This document shows positions 27,450-40,200 of a stretch of 64,000 nucleotides of DNA, in pieces. This DNA is from Camelus ferus. Its lineage: Eukaryota. The number at the start of each line of letters is the position of its first letter. Position 1 is the stretch's first letter. A program made the translations under genes and the position numbers. The DNA lies in contig NC_045697.1 in NCBI RefSeq assembly GCF_009834535.1, positions 113,772,001 to 113,836,000 of the forward strand, written 5' to 3'. The notes beneath the pieces were generated by a model. The model saw only the letters and a program-made list of their open reading frames with translations, made no database searches and was not told where the DNA came from.

Positions 27450-27830
27450 TTGTATCAGAAAACTCCATAACAGTAGCTTAAATTCTTAAATATTCCTTTT
27501 TTTTCCCCTTAATTTAAAGTCCAGAATTAGGCAGAGGTAAATCAGTACAGCAGTTCATTTTATCAATCCCTTAAACTCTTTCTATCTGCCTGGAGATGTA
27601 ACTGTGTTCATGGCTGCAGTACATCTGTTTCACTTCTAGGTTTGGCTCAAACATTCCAACTGAGAAGAAGGTTAAGACCTGGAGACTAAACATGAGAAAC
27701 GAATGCCAATTGAGTCTGTCTTTATTAAATGGTTGTCTCAGAACTTCCTCTCAAAAACTTCTGATTAAACCTCATTGGCCAAACTTATGTCCCACAGCCA
27801 CCTCTAGCTGCAAGGGCACACAGAAAGTCA
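27450..27830 (-). mobile_element. Old MaLR LTR (MLT1J/K/L-like)
   Basis: 'ctcattggccaaacttatgtcccacagccacctctagctgcaaggg'. Confidence 0.55.
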
Positions 27831-28184
27831 AGTCTTTAAACATTTAGCCCTGTAGAAGGGAGCAAAAGCATAGAAAAAAGTGTCATTATCAATATGTTTA
27901 CAAAACAGAACTTGTGTATGCATGCCATAGAGACCTAATGGGCTGAGAATTTCCAATAGGTAATAAAAGTGAATAGATTTTGGTGCTTTGGGGTACAAAA
28001 ACAAGTGGGTTTATTGATATGGTGATAAAATGCTTCAGGATAAATAGTAACAGGAGTCACTGGGGATTCCTGAAAATAAGAAATAAAATGATGGAAGTGC
28101 TACTTCTGAAAGATCAGTGTGGCCGTGAGTTGTGGGATGGGTGATAAAAACGGTAAACTAGAGACACAAACAATGGAGTAGGAA

Positions 28185-28390
28185 GGTGCTTTGGAGTATA
28201 GTAAAATTCATGGACTTCATGGCCTTTGGTTTGGTTTCTGGCCCCCTACCTACTTAGTCTCATGGTCCTGATGCTCATTAATCTTCCTGAGTCTTATTTC
28301 CCTCATCTGGAAGTTAGGGATAATGACACTGATTGCTGTGACAACTAAGTGAAGTAACGTTTGTAAAATTACCTAGCAGTGTAGCGCTTT
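28185..28390 (+). mobile_element. MIR SINE
   Basis: 'ttaatcttcctgagtcttatttccctcatctggaagttagggataatgac'. Confidence 0.65.
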
Positions 28391-28572
28391 TAGTATAGAG
28401 AGAAACATCCTTACCATGAAGGTGATATCCGTAAGGAATCTTTCAGAAATATCATTCTTACTGGTAAAATAATGGACTTTTTCTCATTAAAGGCATAAAC
28501 AAGATAATGATCTCCACTGTACAGTAAATTGCACATATCAAAATGTTGCTCTTAACCAATAAAATAGGCAAA

Positions 28573-28785
28573 ATAGGATTAACATATACACACTATTATG
28601 TATGAAGTAAGTAAACAATAAGGACCTACTGTGTAGCACAGGGAAGTATATTAATATCTTGTAATAACCTATAATGGAAAAGAATCTGAAAAAGAATATA
28701 TATATATATATGTATAATTGAATAACTGTACACTGGAAACTAACACAATGTTGTAAATCAACTATACTTCAATAAAAAATAAAAA
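28573..28785 (+). mobile_element. L1 3' end
   Basis: 'aaggacctactgtgtagcacaggga..ataacctataatggaaaagaatctgaa..gtaaatcaactatacttcaataaaaaa'. Confidence 0.88.
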
Positions 28786-29719
28786 TCAAAAGAAGCTGGA
28801 CATCACAGAATGCTGATACTCTCAGAGGTTTCGCCAAGTCTTGAAAGAGCTGATTTATGAGCTCTGTTAGTCTGTCATACACACGGTAGTTGAGAAGGTA
28901 AGAACATCCTTGAGGTTATCTGCTCTAGGACACTATTTATCAATGATTATTGGTGAACATGAATTATTTTCCCCACTTTCCATCCTATTAAAATGGCACT
29001 GCCAAATCCCTATTCACAAAACAAACTTAGTAAAGATACATCTATTTAGGCTCCTCCCTCACACTCTTTTTCTCTCTGTGTCTCTGTCTCTCTATATGTA
29101 GATAGATATGTACAATATACTTAATTACATGGTTATATATGCAAATAGTTACTTATATAGTTATATATATAACATTTTTGTGTATATATATATATATAAT
29201 GATATAATCAAATATCTACAAAGTTCTACAAAACAATAAAGATCTCAGTGAGGACGATATTCAGCTGATGAAGGAAGGTCTACATGCAATCATTCTCCTC
29301 TTCAAAGTGATATGTGATGACTGTGGTTTAATCTTGAGGATCATAAAATGTGCATTGTTTAATTTTTCCCTGTATTGATTCATTTACCCAATCAGGCCAA
29401 AACATTGTCATCTTACAAAGTTTGATTAATAATTAACAAAGACTGTATTTATTATAAAACTATGATGTATTCAAATTTTAACAGAGTAGCCACAGTTTCA
29501 GTTATCATGAATAATTCAACATATTTTAACTAAGCATGCTTATAAACACTAAAAGAGCTTTAAAGGTTAGCTTTTGCAGAAAAACTTATAATTAAGAAAA
29601 TGGCAATTTATTACATCTGTATCATGATCCTAAGTGGCATGCTGAAAAATGTACTATTTTTTAAAAAAAAGATAATATATTTTTTTCCTTGTATACCATT
29701 CTACAAAATGTAATGGGAA

Positions 29720-29950
29720 AGTAGATTTTTAATACTGAGTTCTGCCTCAGGTTGTTGATATGCATTATCTCATTTAATCCTTTCGACAACCCCTTGATGT
29801 GGGACTGTTATTCTCCTAGTTCACAGAAGAGGAGATTAAGGTGGAGAGGGTCACTGACTTGCCTGATCTCTGGAGCTAGTGGACAGTGGGGACAGACGGT
29901 CATCAGGAAGGAATCCTATCCCCAAAACGACATCACTTAACAGCTATGCC
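29720..29950 (-). mobile_element. MIR SINE
   Basis: 'tgcattatctcatttaatcctt..cacagaagaggagattaaggtggagagggtcactgacttgcc'. Confidence 0.7.
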
Positions 29951-30813
29951 TTATCACTTTCCCTCTGGGGTTTCCGTTATTCTTTGTTTAAATTGAACTG
30001 ATGCCTTGACCAAGTGTCGAACTTGAAGGTGAGGCTTTTGGAATGAGAATAATTGATGGAAACCTGTGTTTAGTCCTAGCTCATTGCTCGTCCTGGTGGA
30101 AGACTAGAGTTACGTGAAAGGAATAAAACAAGTGTTCACCCAGGGCACAGGGAGATTGCCTTCCTTCTGGGTCTATGAAACCCATGAGTGGATTTTCCTT
30201 GGTAAGTTTAAAAGTATCTGGCCTTTTACATGTGATTTATGAAAATAGGCTGAATGAATTCTGAAAACCAAGTGATTTGAAAGCTTTTTATTTGCTTCTC
30301 TGGGAACATAACAAAGAAGCCAGGAGCAAGCAAAGTAAGTTTATGCTGTGGCTTGTGTGTCAGAAATGCCTTTGAGGTGCCTTCTAATAATACCCTATAA
30401 ATAATTCTGTCCCAACCACCCACTTTCAATAAGGACAAATGATTCTCTTTTTCACATTGAGAATTGAAAGCGTTCCTTGGTATCAAATTCTAAAAGTTGC
30501 TGCCAATATTGAACAAGAGTGAATGGTATTAAAGCTGAGTCATGAATTAGCGTATTTCTTCTTGTATGTTGGATAACCTTAAAAACAGGTGATCCAAATT
30601 GTTCTCTGGTAATTTTTTAACCTGACAGTATTATAATCATATAAAATGACACCTTTGTCAATTCTCATCTGGCTTTATTTATTTTACATGTGTACTTCAC
30701 AGTATAAGTAACATCAAATATTAAGAAAGTAGTTAAGATGTAAATAACATTTAATATATTTCCCATTTCTTTAATAATGTAGGTAAAGGCAACAATTTAA
30801 AAATGACATTCTG

Positions 30814-31496
30814 AAGACTGGGAATAGACTTACCGTATGACCCAGGAATCCCGCTCCTGGGCATATATCCAGAAGGAACCCTACTTCAGGATGACACCTG
30901 CACCCCCATGTTCATAGCAGCACTATTTACAATAGCCAAGACATGGAAACAGCCTAAATGTCCATCAACAGATGACTGGATAAAGAAGATGTGGTATATT
31001 TATACAGCGGAACACTATTCAGCCATAAAAACCGACAACATAATGCCATTTGCAGCAACATGGGTGCTCCCAGAGAATGTCATTCTAAGTGATAGTAAGC
31101 CAGAAAGAGAAAGAAAAATACCATATGAGATCTCTCATATGTGGAATATAAAAACAAGCAAACAAACAAACAAACAAACAAAGCATAAATACAAAACAAA
31201 AATAGACTCACAGACATAGAGTACAAACTTGTGGTTGCCAGTGGGGTGGGGGCGGGGTGGGAAAGGATAGACTGGGATTTCAAAATTGTAGAATAGATGG
31301 ACAAGATTATGCTGTATAATACACAGAAATGTATACAAGATCTTATGGTATCTCACAGAGAAGAAAATGTGACAATGAATGTGTATGTGTTCATGTATGA
31401 CTGAAAAATTGTGCTCTGCACTGGAATTTGACACAACATTGTAAAGTGATTATAAATCAGTAAAAAAATGTTTAAAAAATTAAGTAAATAAATAAT
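30814..31496 (+). mobile_element. Young 5'-truncated L1 (ORF2 C-terminus + 3'UTR) with 15-bp TSD
   Basis: ORF 30908 [33 protein letters not shown] is the L1 ORF2p C-terminus. The TSD aaaaatgacattctg occurs at 30799-30813 and 31497-31511, and there is an A-rich tail. Confidence 0.95.
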
Positions 31497-33750
31497 AAAA
31501 ATGACATTCTGTTGACATAGATCCTAAATAAAATTGCTAGAATTAAACACAATCTGATTTTTTTCAATAAATACCAAGGTTAAAAGCTGCTGTAACAATA
31601 ATAAGTAATATCAAATCTTCATTATCAGTGTAGCATTGTTTTTGATCCACTTTGAAATATCAACTCAGTACATAAATTAACCATTTTAAATATAATTTCC
31701 ATCTATAATTGCTGAGGATGTGATAGCTGCATCAGTATATTTAGGAAAATCTCCAATAGGAGTTGAACTTAAAGTCTACAGATACTTAAGGTGCTGAGCT
31801 TCCCAAACAAAGTAGACCACATGAAATGCAACTAAATTCCCTGGATTAATGTAACTTCTCCACTTCCCTTCAAGCCACCACTGAGCAGATCTGACACCCC
31901 TCCTTTCTGGCTGTTGCCAGTATATTAGGCAGATCCACCTGGAACTATCACCAGTTTTATTCATCCTCGGTCAACACATCATAAGTGACCTCTTCACAAA
32001 ATTCTAGAAATGAAGTGAGAGAAACACAGTGTTGAGGTGGAGAGAAGCAGGCTGGGGACGGACGTAACTGCTGTGTTCCTATGTGAAGATCACCCTCTCT
32101 CTACCTTATGGTCAAGGATGTTAGCGTTCATCCCAGCTATGTGTTGGTGTTTACTCTAGGTAGTGAGACAGTGGGAAGTCTTGCGAATTGATGAGAATTG
32201 GTATCTATTTCAACTGGGTTGTGGGACACAGATAGAGAATTAGCATATCCTGGAGTCAGGATAGACAATGAGCATTGCTATTCTTTGCAGGAGAAGGCAA
32301 GCTTTTCTTCTGTTTGTTGCTTATGATTTCTGATAGATGACTGTACCTCAGGTATGAATGCATATACGCTCTGCTCCAATAAAGAGAGCATAGTTGAAAA
32401 AATTTGCAGTTTGAAACCTTATTAATTTTATAACTGTCCTCTTTTACTTTTAAGACCTATCCACCTTTTCCAGAGTCCAAATAGGGAGACAATAATCACC
32501 TGGAAAACTTTCAAATCTTTGATGTGGTTCTACCATCATGATTGTCCCAGGGTATAACAATTTTTTCTTACTCTTTTGATATAGAAAGTAACTTCTAAGT
32601 ACATCTTCTTCGCCCTTCAAATCAAAACATTTATGCCAAGGATCATGGAACCAATAGTTGGATTCTGTGTTTACTTCAAATATCTATTCCAACTGCGTAA
32701 TCAGAAGTTGAAGGCTAATGATTCTGTGAATTCACTGTTCCGCTCCAGAGGTAGACTCAGGCCTCCTTGTCCATTTATTAATATACCATAATGTATACAT
32801 GGAACTTGAGAGCAAAGTCCTTCCTGGAGAGTCTGCAGACATCACTTCCCTCCAAGGCACTCAGTGTTCGTGGTTCACACCTGGAGAAAGAGAAGGGCTC
32901 TAACTCTCTGCTGTAGTGGCTTTGGTAAGAACTCAAGTCCCCAGACCTACAGTTTCCTCAGTTTATCAACCTAGGAGCAATTGTTCTAGAGATGCCTTCC
33001 TCATTCTCTTAAAAGTTCCTATGATTAGACCATTTTCATTATTTAATTGTTATTATAATAACTGATGTATTTGGTCCCTGCCACCTGAGAATCGTAACCT
33101 TCTCATAGAGATCAGGAGATCCTACTCAGGAGTGAATCTCCTGCCTGTAGTCTCAGACCACATAGAACAATGACTAAGAGGAAGTTCTTGCATATTGCTC
33201 CTCCCTTACCAGCAGAGTTTTCCAAGAGTTACCCATGAGGGTTCTCAGGGCAGAGGTAGGCTGGGATTGAGTAGGAATCATGTGGTACAGCTCCTCCTAC
33301 ATTTCTAGCTGCTTTGTTTATTCCCATTACATAAGGTAAATAAATTTTTAGCATCCAAATTAAATTTTACTCTAGGCCAACATGAAGTCCAAGTGCCAAT
33401 CAACCAAACAAGTGAATACCATAGTAGTTTATAGAGTGGAAAATACTTGCGTTCCTTTCAGTGTTTGGGGCATTTTGGGAGGTGCCAAATAAATAGTATG
33501 TCAACTATGGGTTCCCATCAGGATTACACATCCATCCAGGTTCTCCCTCAGTAGGAACCTTGACTTGAGAAGCAAAGTGTGGAAGTAGCACCACTTTAAA
33601 AAGGAAATTTATGAGAAGCTGATCTGAGCAATGTCCATTGTTCCCTCAGTTACTAATCAGGAAATTTTCCTCATTACTCTTGGGACAGAGTTTTTAAGTT
33701 CAGCAAACTGTAGGGCTGGACTGTTGGAAATTTGGCTGTATCAAGTATAT

Positions 33751-34134
33751 TGTCTTAGTCTTGCAAGGTTACTGTAACAATTAAACCACAGACATGTGTT
33801 TCTCATAGTTCTGGAGGTGGGAGACCAAGATCAAGGGACCAGCCAACCTGGTGTCTGTTGAAGGCCTTCTTCCTGGTTTGCAGGTGGCTGTCTTCCTGTT
33901 ACCTTCTCACACGGCTTTTCCTTGGTGAATGTACTGGAGAGAGGGAGGCAGAGAGAGAGAGGATTTTTCTGTCTCTTCTTCTACTAAGGGCATCAATCTT
34001 AATATGAGAGCCCCACCTTCATGCCCTAGTCTAATCCAGTGACCTCCCAAAGACCCCGACTTCAAGTACCATTGTATTGAAGATTAGGGCTCAACATACG
34101 AATTTTAGGGGGACACAAACTTTCAGTCCTTACA
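33751..34134 (-). mobile_element. MaLR solo LTR (MLT1A-like)
   Basis: 'tgtcttagtc..tctcatagttctggaggtgggagaccaagatcaagg..tcaacatacgaattttagggggacacaaactttcagtcc..ca'. Confidence 0.85.
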
Positions 34135-34871
34135 TTGGCCCTGAGCCTGTATGCAAAAAAGTTTTTAATTAGAAATGTTGAAGGCACTCTTTCTTCCTGA
34201 CCGTGGCACTTTGAGGTTGTCATTTTCTTTCTTTAGACTCAGATGTAGTCAGAGCCACCAGGCCAGCACACGGTCCCTCTACAAAGCCCAGTGATTTATT
34301 AATGGCTGTGAGGTAGCTCTCAGAAACACCTGGAACGCTGGGAAGTGTCAAAATACATGGGAAAACTTGTAGGATTATGTTATTCGGATGAAAAACTAGA
34401 AGTCTCTTTCCTGAATTTTCAATCCAAAATAAGTCATTTCTCTTAAAGATGCTTTTCTAAACTACTGAAAAGACAAGAATCTTGTTTAATAAGGATGATT
34501 GCTTACTTCTTAGAACATTTTATTATTACTAACATAGTTGGTAGCAGAAACCACCCATTTATTTACTTTCTTGTAGTCCATAATAGTCAAGATTGTGTAG
34601 TTGTGGAATTTTAATGGGAGAAAAATTTCCCTAAATTGAGTGTATGAAGTGAGTCTCTCTCTACATATATATTCATTAAGATAATATGTGCTCCTTGTTT
34701 GTTAAAGGGTGGTTTCCCCTGGTAACTTTGTAAGAAAATTTGTAATTTCTGGGGTCTAATAAATAGATGTTGGTTTTTGGACAAGGGGGTCAGCATTTCA
34801 TCAAATATTTATATTTATTAAGATATATATATATTACATATATATATGTATAGGAATTATTGTATACACAT

Positions 34872-35308
34872 AATTGAAATTTTTAATGTGACAATTGTAA
34901 ATTCACATGCAGTTGTAAAAAGTTATATGAAGAGATCCTGCATACACATTACCCAGTTTTCACCAATAAAATTTGCAAAACTATAATATAACAGAAAAGA
35001 TACTGACATTGATGCATTCTACTGAGCTTAATAGCACTAATCTGTGCTTGTGTGTGTGTGTGTGTGTGTGTGTAAGTCCTGTACAATTCTATCACTATCT
35101 AGGTCCATATATCCACAGTCAAGATACTGCACAGTTCCATCACCCGAAGGATCCCCTGTGTTGCTCTTTTATAACCATGCCTACCCTAACACCCTCTCCC
35201 TGTCCCCCCTACCTGCTGAAATTAATTAATCTCTTCTTCATTTCTCAGAACTTATTATTGCAAAAATATAGCATAAGGACAATCACATATTATGAAATTA
35301 ACCTTTTG
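34872..35308 (-). mobile_element. Old L1 (L1MC/MD-like) 3' end containing (TG)n
   Basis: 'aattcacatgcagttgtaa..gagatcctg..ttacccagttt..tgacattgat', with a TG repeat at 35049-35073. Confidence 0.75.
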
Positions 35309-35332
35309 CACTGCCCTCCCACACCCCTTCTT

Positions 35333-38300
35333 AAGATATTGAACACAGTTTTCTGTGCTATACAGAAGAAACGTTTTAAAAATATATTTTTCTATATAAT
35401 GACTAACATTTGTAAATCTCAAATCCCCAAATTTATCCCTTCCCACTCCCTTTCCCTGGTAACCAGATTGTTTACTATGTCTGAGAGTCTGTTTTTGTAG
35501 ATGAGTTGATAATGTCTCTTTTTTAAAAAAATATTCCACATATAAGTGATATCATATAGTATGTTTCTTTCTCTTTGTGGCTTACTTCACTTAGAATGAT
35601 GATCTCTAGGTCCATCCACATTGCTGCAAATGGCATTACTGTGTTCTTTTTTGTGGATAAATAGTATTCAATTGTATAAATATATCACAGGTTCTTTCTT
35701 TACTCATCTGCTGATGGACATTTAGGTTGCTTCCATGTCTTGGCTATTGCATACAATGCTGCTATGGAAAATTGGGGTGCATGCATCTTTTCAAAATAGA
35801 GTTCCCTCCAGACATATACCCAGAAGTGGAATTGCTGGGTCATATGGTAGGTCTATTTTTAGTTTTTTGAGAAATCTCCATACTGTTTTCCATAACGACT
35901 GCACCAAACTACATGCCTACCAGCAGTGTAGGAAGTTTCCCTTTTTCCACGCTCTCTCTAGCATTTATCATTCAAGGACTTTTGAATGATGGCCATTCTG
36001 ACTGGTATGAGATGATACCTCATTGTAGTTTTGATTTGCATTTTTCTGATAATTAGTGATACTGAGCATTCAGTCATGTGCTTATTGGCTATTTGTATGT
36101 CTTCACTGGAGAATTGCTTGTTTAGGTCTTCCCATTTTTGGGTTGGTGTTTGGTTTTTGTTGTTGTTATTAAAGTTGTATGAGCTGTTTTTATATCCTAG
36201 TAATTAAGCCTTTGTCAGTCACATCATTTGCAAATATTTTCTCCCATTCCATAGGTTGTTGATTTGTTCTGCTTATGGCTTCCTTTGCTCTGCACAAGCT
36301 AATAAGTTTGTTTATTGTTGCTCTTATTTCTATTGTATGGGTAGATTGTCTTAGGGGAACATAGCTAAGATTTATGTCAGAGAATGTTTTGCCCCTATTT
36401 TCTTCTAGGATATTTATCATGTCTTGTCTTATATTTAAATCTTTAAAGCCATTTTGAGTTTATTTTTGTATATGGAGTGAAGGAGTGTTCACTGATTTAC
36501 ATGCTGCTATCCAGTTTTCCCAATGCCACTTGCTGAAGAGACTTATCATTTCTCCATCATATATTCTTGCCTTCTTTATTGACACTTAATTGACTGTAAG
36601 TCTGTGGATTTATTTCTGTGTTTTCTATTCTGTTCCTTTGATCTATAAGTCTGTTTTTGTACCAGTACCATGCTGTTTCGATTACTGTAGCTCTACAGTA
36701 TTGTCTGAAGTCTGGGAGAATTATTTCTCCAGCTTTGTTCTTTTTCTTCAATATTGCCTTGGCAATTCTGTGTCTTTTGTGATTCCATATAAATTTTAGG
36801 ATAGTTTGTTCTTGTTCTGTAAAAAATATCCTGGGTAATTTGATAGGAATTGCATTAAATCTGTAGATTGCCTTGGGCAGTATGGCCATTTGAACAATAT
36901 TGATTCTTCCAATCCAAGAGCATGGAATATCTTTCCATTTCTTTAAGTCATCTTTAATTTCCTTAATCAATGTTTTGTAGTTCTTCATGTATAATTGTTT
37001 CACCTCCTTGGTCAGGTTTATTCCTAAGTATTTTATTGTTTTGGATGCAATTTTAAAAGGCATTGTTTCTTTACTTTCTTTTCCTGCTAAATCATTGTTA
37101 GTGTAAAGAATGCAACTGATTTTTGTATGTTAATCTTGTATCTTGCTGCCTTGCTGAATTCTTTTATTAGCTCTAGTAATTTTTTTTTTTTGGTGGAGCT
37201 TTTAGTGTTTTCTATATATAGTATCATGTTATCCACATATAGGGACAATCTTACCTCTTCTCATCCAATTTGAATATCTTTTACTTCTTTTTCTTGCCTG
37301 ATTTCTGTGGCTAGAGATTCCAAGACTGTTGAATAGAAGTGGTGAGAATGGGCATCCTTGTCTTCTTCCAGATTTTAGTGGTAAGGCTGTTAGTTTTTCA
37401 ACACTGAGTACTATGCTGGCTGTAGGTTTGTAATAAAGAGCTTTTATTATGTTGAGATATGTTTCCTCTATACCCACTTTGGTGAGAGTTTTTATCATAA
37501 ATGGGTGTTGAATTTTATCAGATGCTTTTTCTGCATCTATTAAGATGATCATGTGGTTTTTGTTCTTTCTTTTGTGGATGTGGTGTATCACACTGATTGA
37601 TTTGCTTATGTTGAACCATCTTTGTGTCCCTGGAATGAATCCAACGTGACCATGGTGTATGGTCTTTTTTATGTGCTGTTGGATTCTGTTTGGTAATATT
37701 TTGTTGAGGATTTTTGCATCTATGTTCATCAGTGATATTGGCCAGTAATTTTCTTTTTGGTAGTGTCTTTGTCTGGTTTTGGTATCAGGGTTGATGGTGG
37801 CTTTATAGAATGAGTTTGGGAGTATTCCCTCCTTTTCAATCTTTTGGAAGAGTTTGAGAAGGACTGGTTTGAGTCTTCTTTGTATGTTTGGTAGAATTCC
37901 CCAGTGAAGCTATCTGGCCCTGTACTTTTGTTTGCAAGGTTGTTTTTTTTTTTTTTTTTTAATTGTTAATTCTATATCCTTTCTAGGGATTGGTCTGTTC
38001 AAGTGGTCTATCTCTCTTGATTCAGTCTTGGTGGACTACATGTTTTCAGAAACTTGCCCATTTCTTCTAGGTTGTCTAGTTTGTTTCCATATAGTTGTTT
38101 TTAATATTCTCTTATGATACTTTGTATGTCTGGGGTATTGCTTCTGATTTCTCCATTTTCCTTTTTTATTTTGTTTATTTGTGTTCTCTCTCTTTTCTTC
38201 TTGGTGTGCCTGGCCAGAGGATTGTCAATTTTGTTTACTCTTTCAGAAAACCAGCTCTTGGTTTGATTTTTCTATTTTTAAAAAATCTCTATTTATTTCC

Positions 38301-38626
38301 TCACTGATCTTTATTATTTCCTGCTTTTGCTGACTTTTCTGGCCTGCAGTGTTTGTGTACAGAAATCAGCTGAAAGCCTCATGGGGGGTTTCCTTGTAAC
38401 TAACTCTTTATTTTTCTCTTGCTTCCTCTAGAATAATTTCTTTGTCTTTAACCTTGGCCATCTTGATTATAATATGTCTTGGTATAGGTCTGTTTGGGTT
38501 CTGCTTGTTGGGGACCCTCTGTGCTTCCTGTGCTTAAATATGTGATTCCTTCTTAAGGTTTGGAAAGTTTCCATTCATTATTTCTTCAAATACCTTTTCA
38601 ATACCCTTTGCTGTTTATTCTCCTTG
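35333..38626 (-). mobile_element. L1 element: ORF1 fragment fused to most of ORF2 and 3'UTR, disrupted
   Basis: ORFs 37229-37729 ([45 protein letters not shown] domain), 36557-37063 ([28 protein letters not shown]) and 36190-36420 are L1 ORF2p. 38337-38626 is antisense ORF1. Confidence 0.95.
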
Positions 38627-38629
38627 TAG

Positions 38630-40200
38630 ATGCTATTTATCAGGTTGCTGTAATGCAGGATTTTTTAAAAATCATGAATGAGTATTGAATTTTATCAAAT
38701 GCTTTTCTGTGTCAATTGACATAGTCATATGGTTTTTCTTCTTTTACTACATTGTTTGATTTTAGAGTGTAAAACAAACTTGCATGTCTGAAATAAATCT
38801 CACTTAGTTGTGTATAATCCTTTTTTGTATGTTGCTGGATTTGGTTTGCTAGTGTTTTATTGAAGAATCTTATCTGTGTTGTTCAACAGCTTTCTTTTCT
38901 TCTAATGTCTTTGTCTGATTTGAGTATCAGTATGATACTGATCTCATATGAGTCCATAAAAATTATTTCCTTTTATATTTTCTGGAAGAAATTGTGCATA
39001 ATTGTTATTCATTTTTTTTCACATGTTTGGTAGAACTCATCAGTGGGTCTATCAATTTATTTTTCTGGAGTTTTAAAATTATTTGTTTAACTTATTTGAT
39101 AATAATAGGGATATTGAGACTACCTATCTTAATTTAGTTGTGTTTTCACAGTTTGTGGCTTTCATGTAAGCGCTGACCCATTTTTTCCAAGAAATGGAAT
39201 AGTCATTTCTTATTATCATTTTTTAAATGGCTACAAGATCTGTAGTTATATCTCCTATTTCATTTCTGATGTAGGTTATTTATGTCTTCACTTTTAAAAT
39301 TTTTGTCATTTTTAAGGCTCATCATTTGTATTGATACTTTTTTCAAGGAATTAGCTGTTTTAGCACTACTTTTTCTCTACTGTTTTCTTAATTTCAATTT
39401 CATTGATTTATTTTTTCCTTCTGAATGCTTTTGCCATATTTTGTTCTCTTTTTTTTTTAGTTTCATGAGATGGAAAACTAGATTTTTGATTTGATCAATT
39501 TTCTTTTGTCTAATATAAGCACTAATCCTATAAATATTCCTCTCAATGTTGCTTTAGCTGCATACTATTTATTTTAATACTCATTTTTACAGATTTTTAA
39601 AATTTGTCTTTAAGACTTCTTTACTCTTGAGTTATTTACAAGTACACTGTTTAATCTCCATGTGCTTAGAGATTTTCCTCTTGTATTTGTTATTTTTTTT
39701 TATTTCTACTTTGATTGCATAATAGGTAACTCATTCTATGATAGCAATTCTTTTAAATTTGAGATGTGTTTTATAACCCAGGGTATTGGTATATTTGGTA
39801 AATGTTCTGTGGCCACTTGAAACTATGTGCATTCTGCTGATGTTGGGTAGAATCTTTTATATACGTCCATTAGATCCTATTGATTGACTGCATTTTCAGG
39901 TATTTTATATCCTTGCTGATTTTCTGCTTAGTATTTCTATTAATTATAATTATAGATTTTTTTGTTTCTCCTTTACATTTTATCCTTTTTTTCTTTATTT
40001 ATTTTGATGGTCCATTGTTTGATGTATTCAGATTTAAGTTGATTATGTCTTCCTGATGGATTGTTTCTTTTAGCATTATAATAATCCTTTTTGTATCTAA
40101 TTTTTTTTTCTTTGCTTAGACATCTCCTCTAGTAGATAATAATGTAGTCACTCTTGCATCTTAAATTTTTTATTCACTTTGATTATATCTTTAATTTCAG
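38630..40200 (-). mobile_element. Older L1 ORF2 fragment
   Basis: 'atcatgaatgagtattgaattttatcaaatgcttttctg', 'gttgctggatttggtttgctagtgtttt'. More decayed than the adjacent L1. Confidence 0.8.

Noticed and set aside
36190..37729. Reverse-transcriptase ORFs as an active or novel RT system
   Set aside because: Ordinary L1 ORF2 broken by frameshifts, with the endonuclease domain missing.
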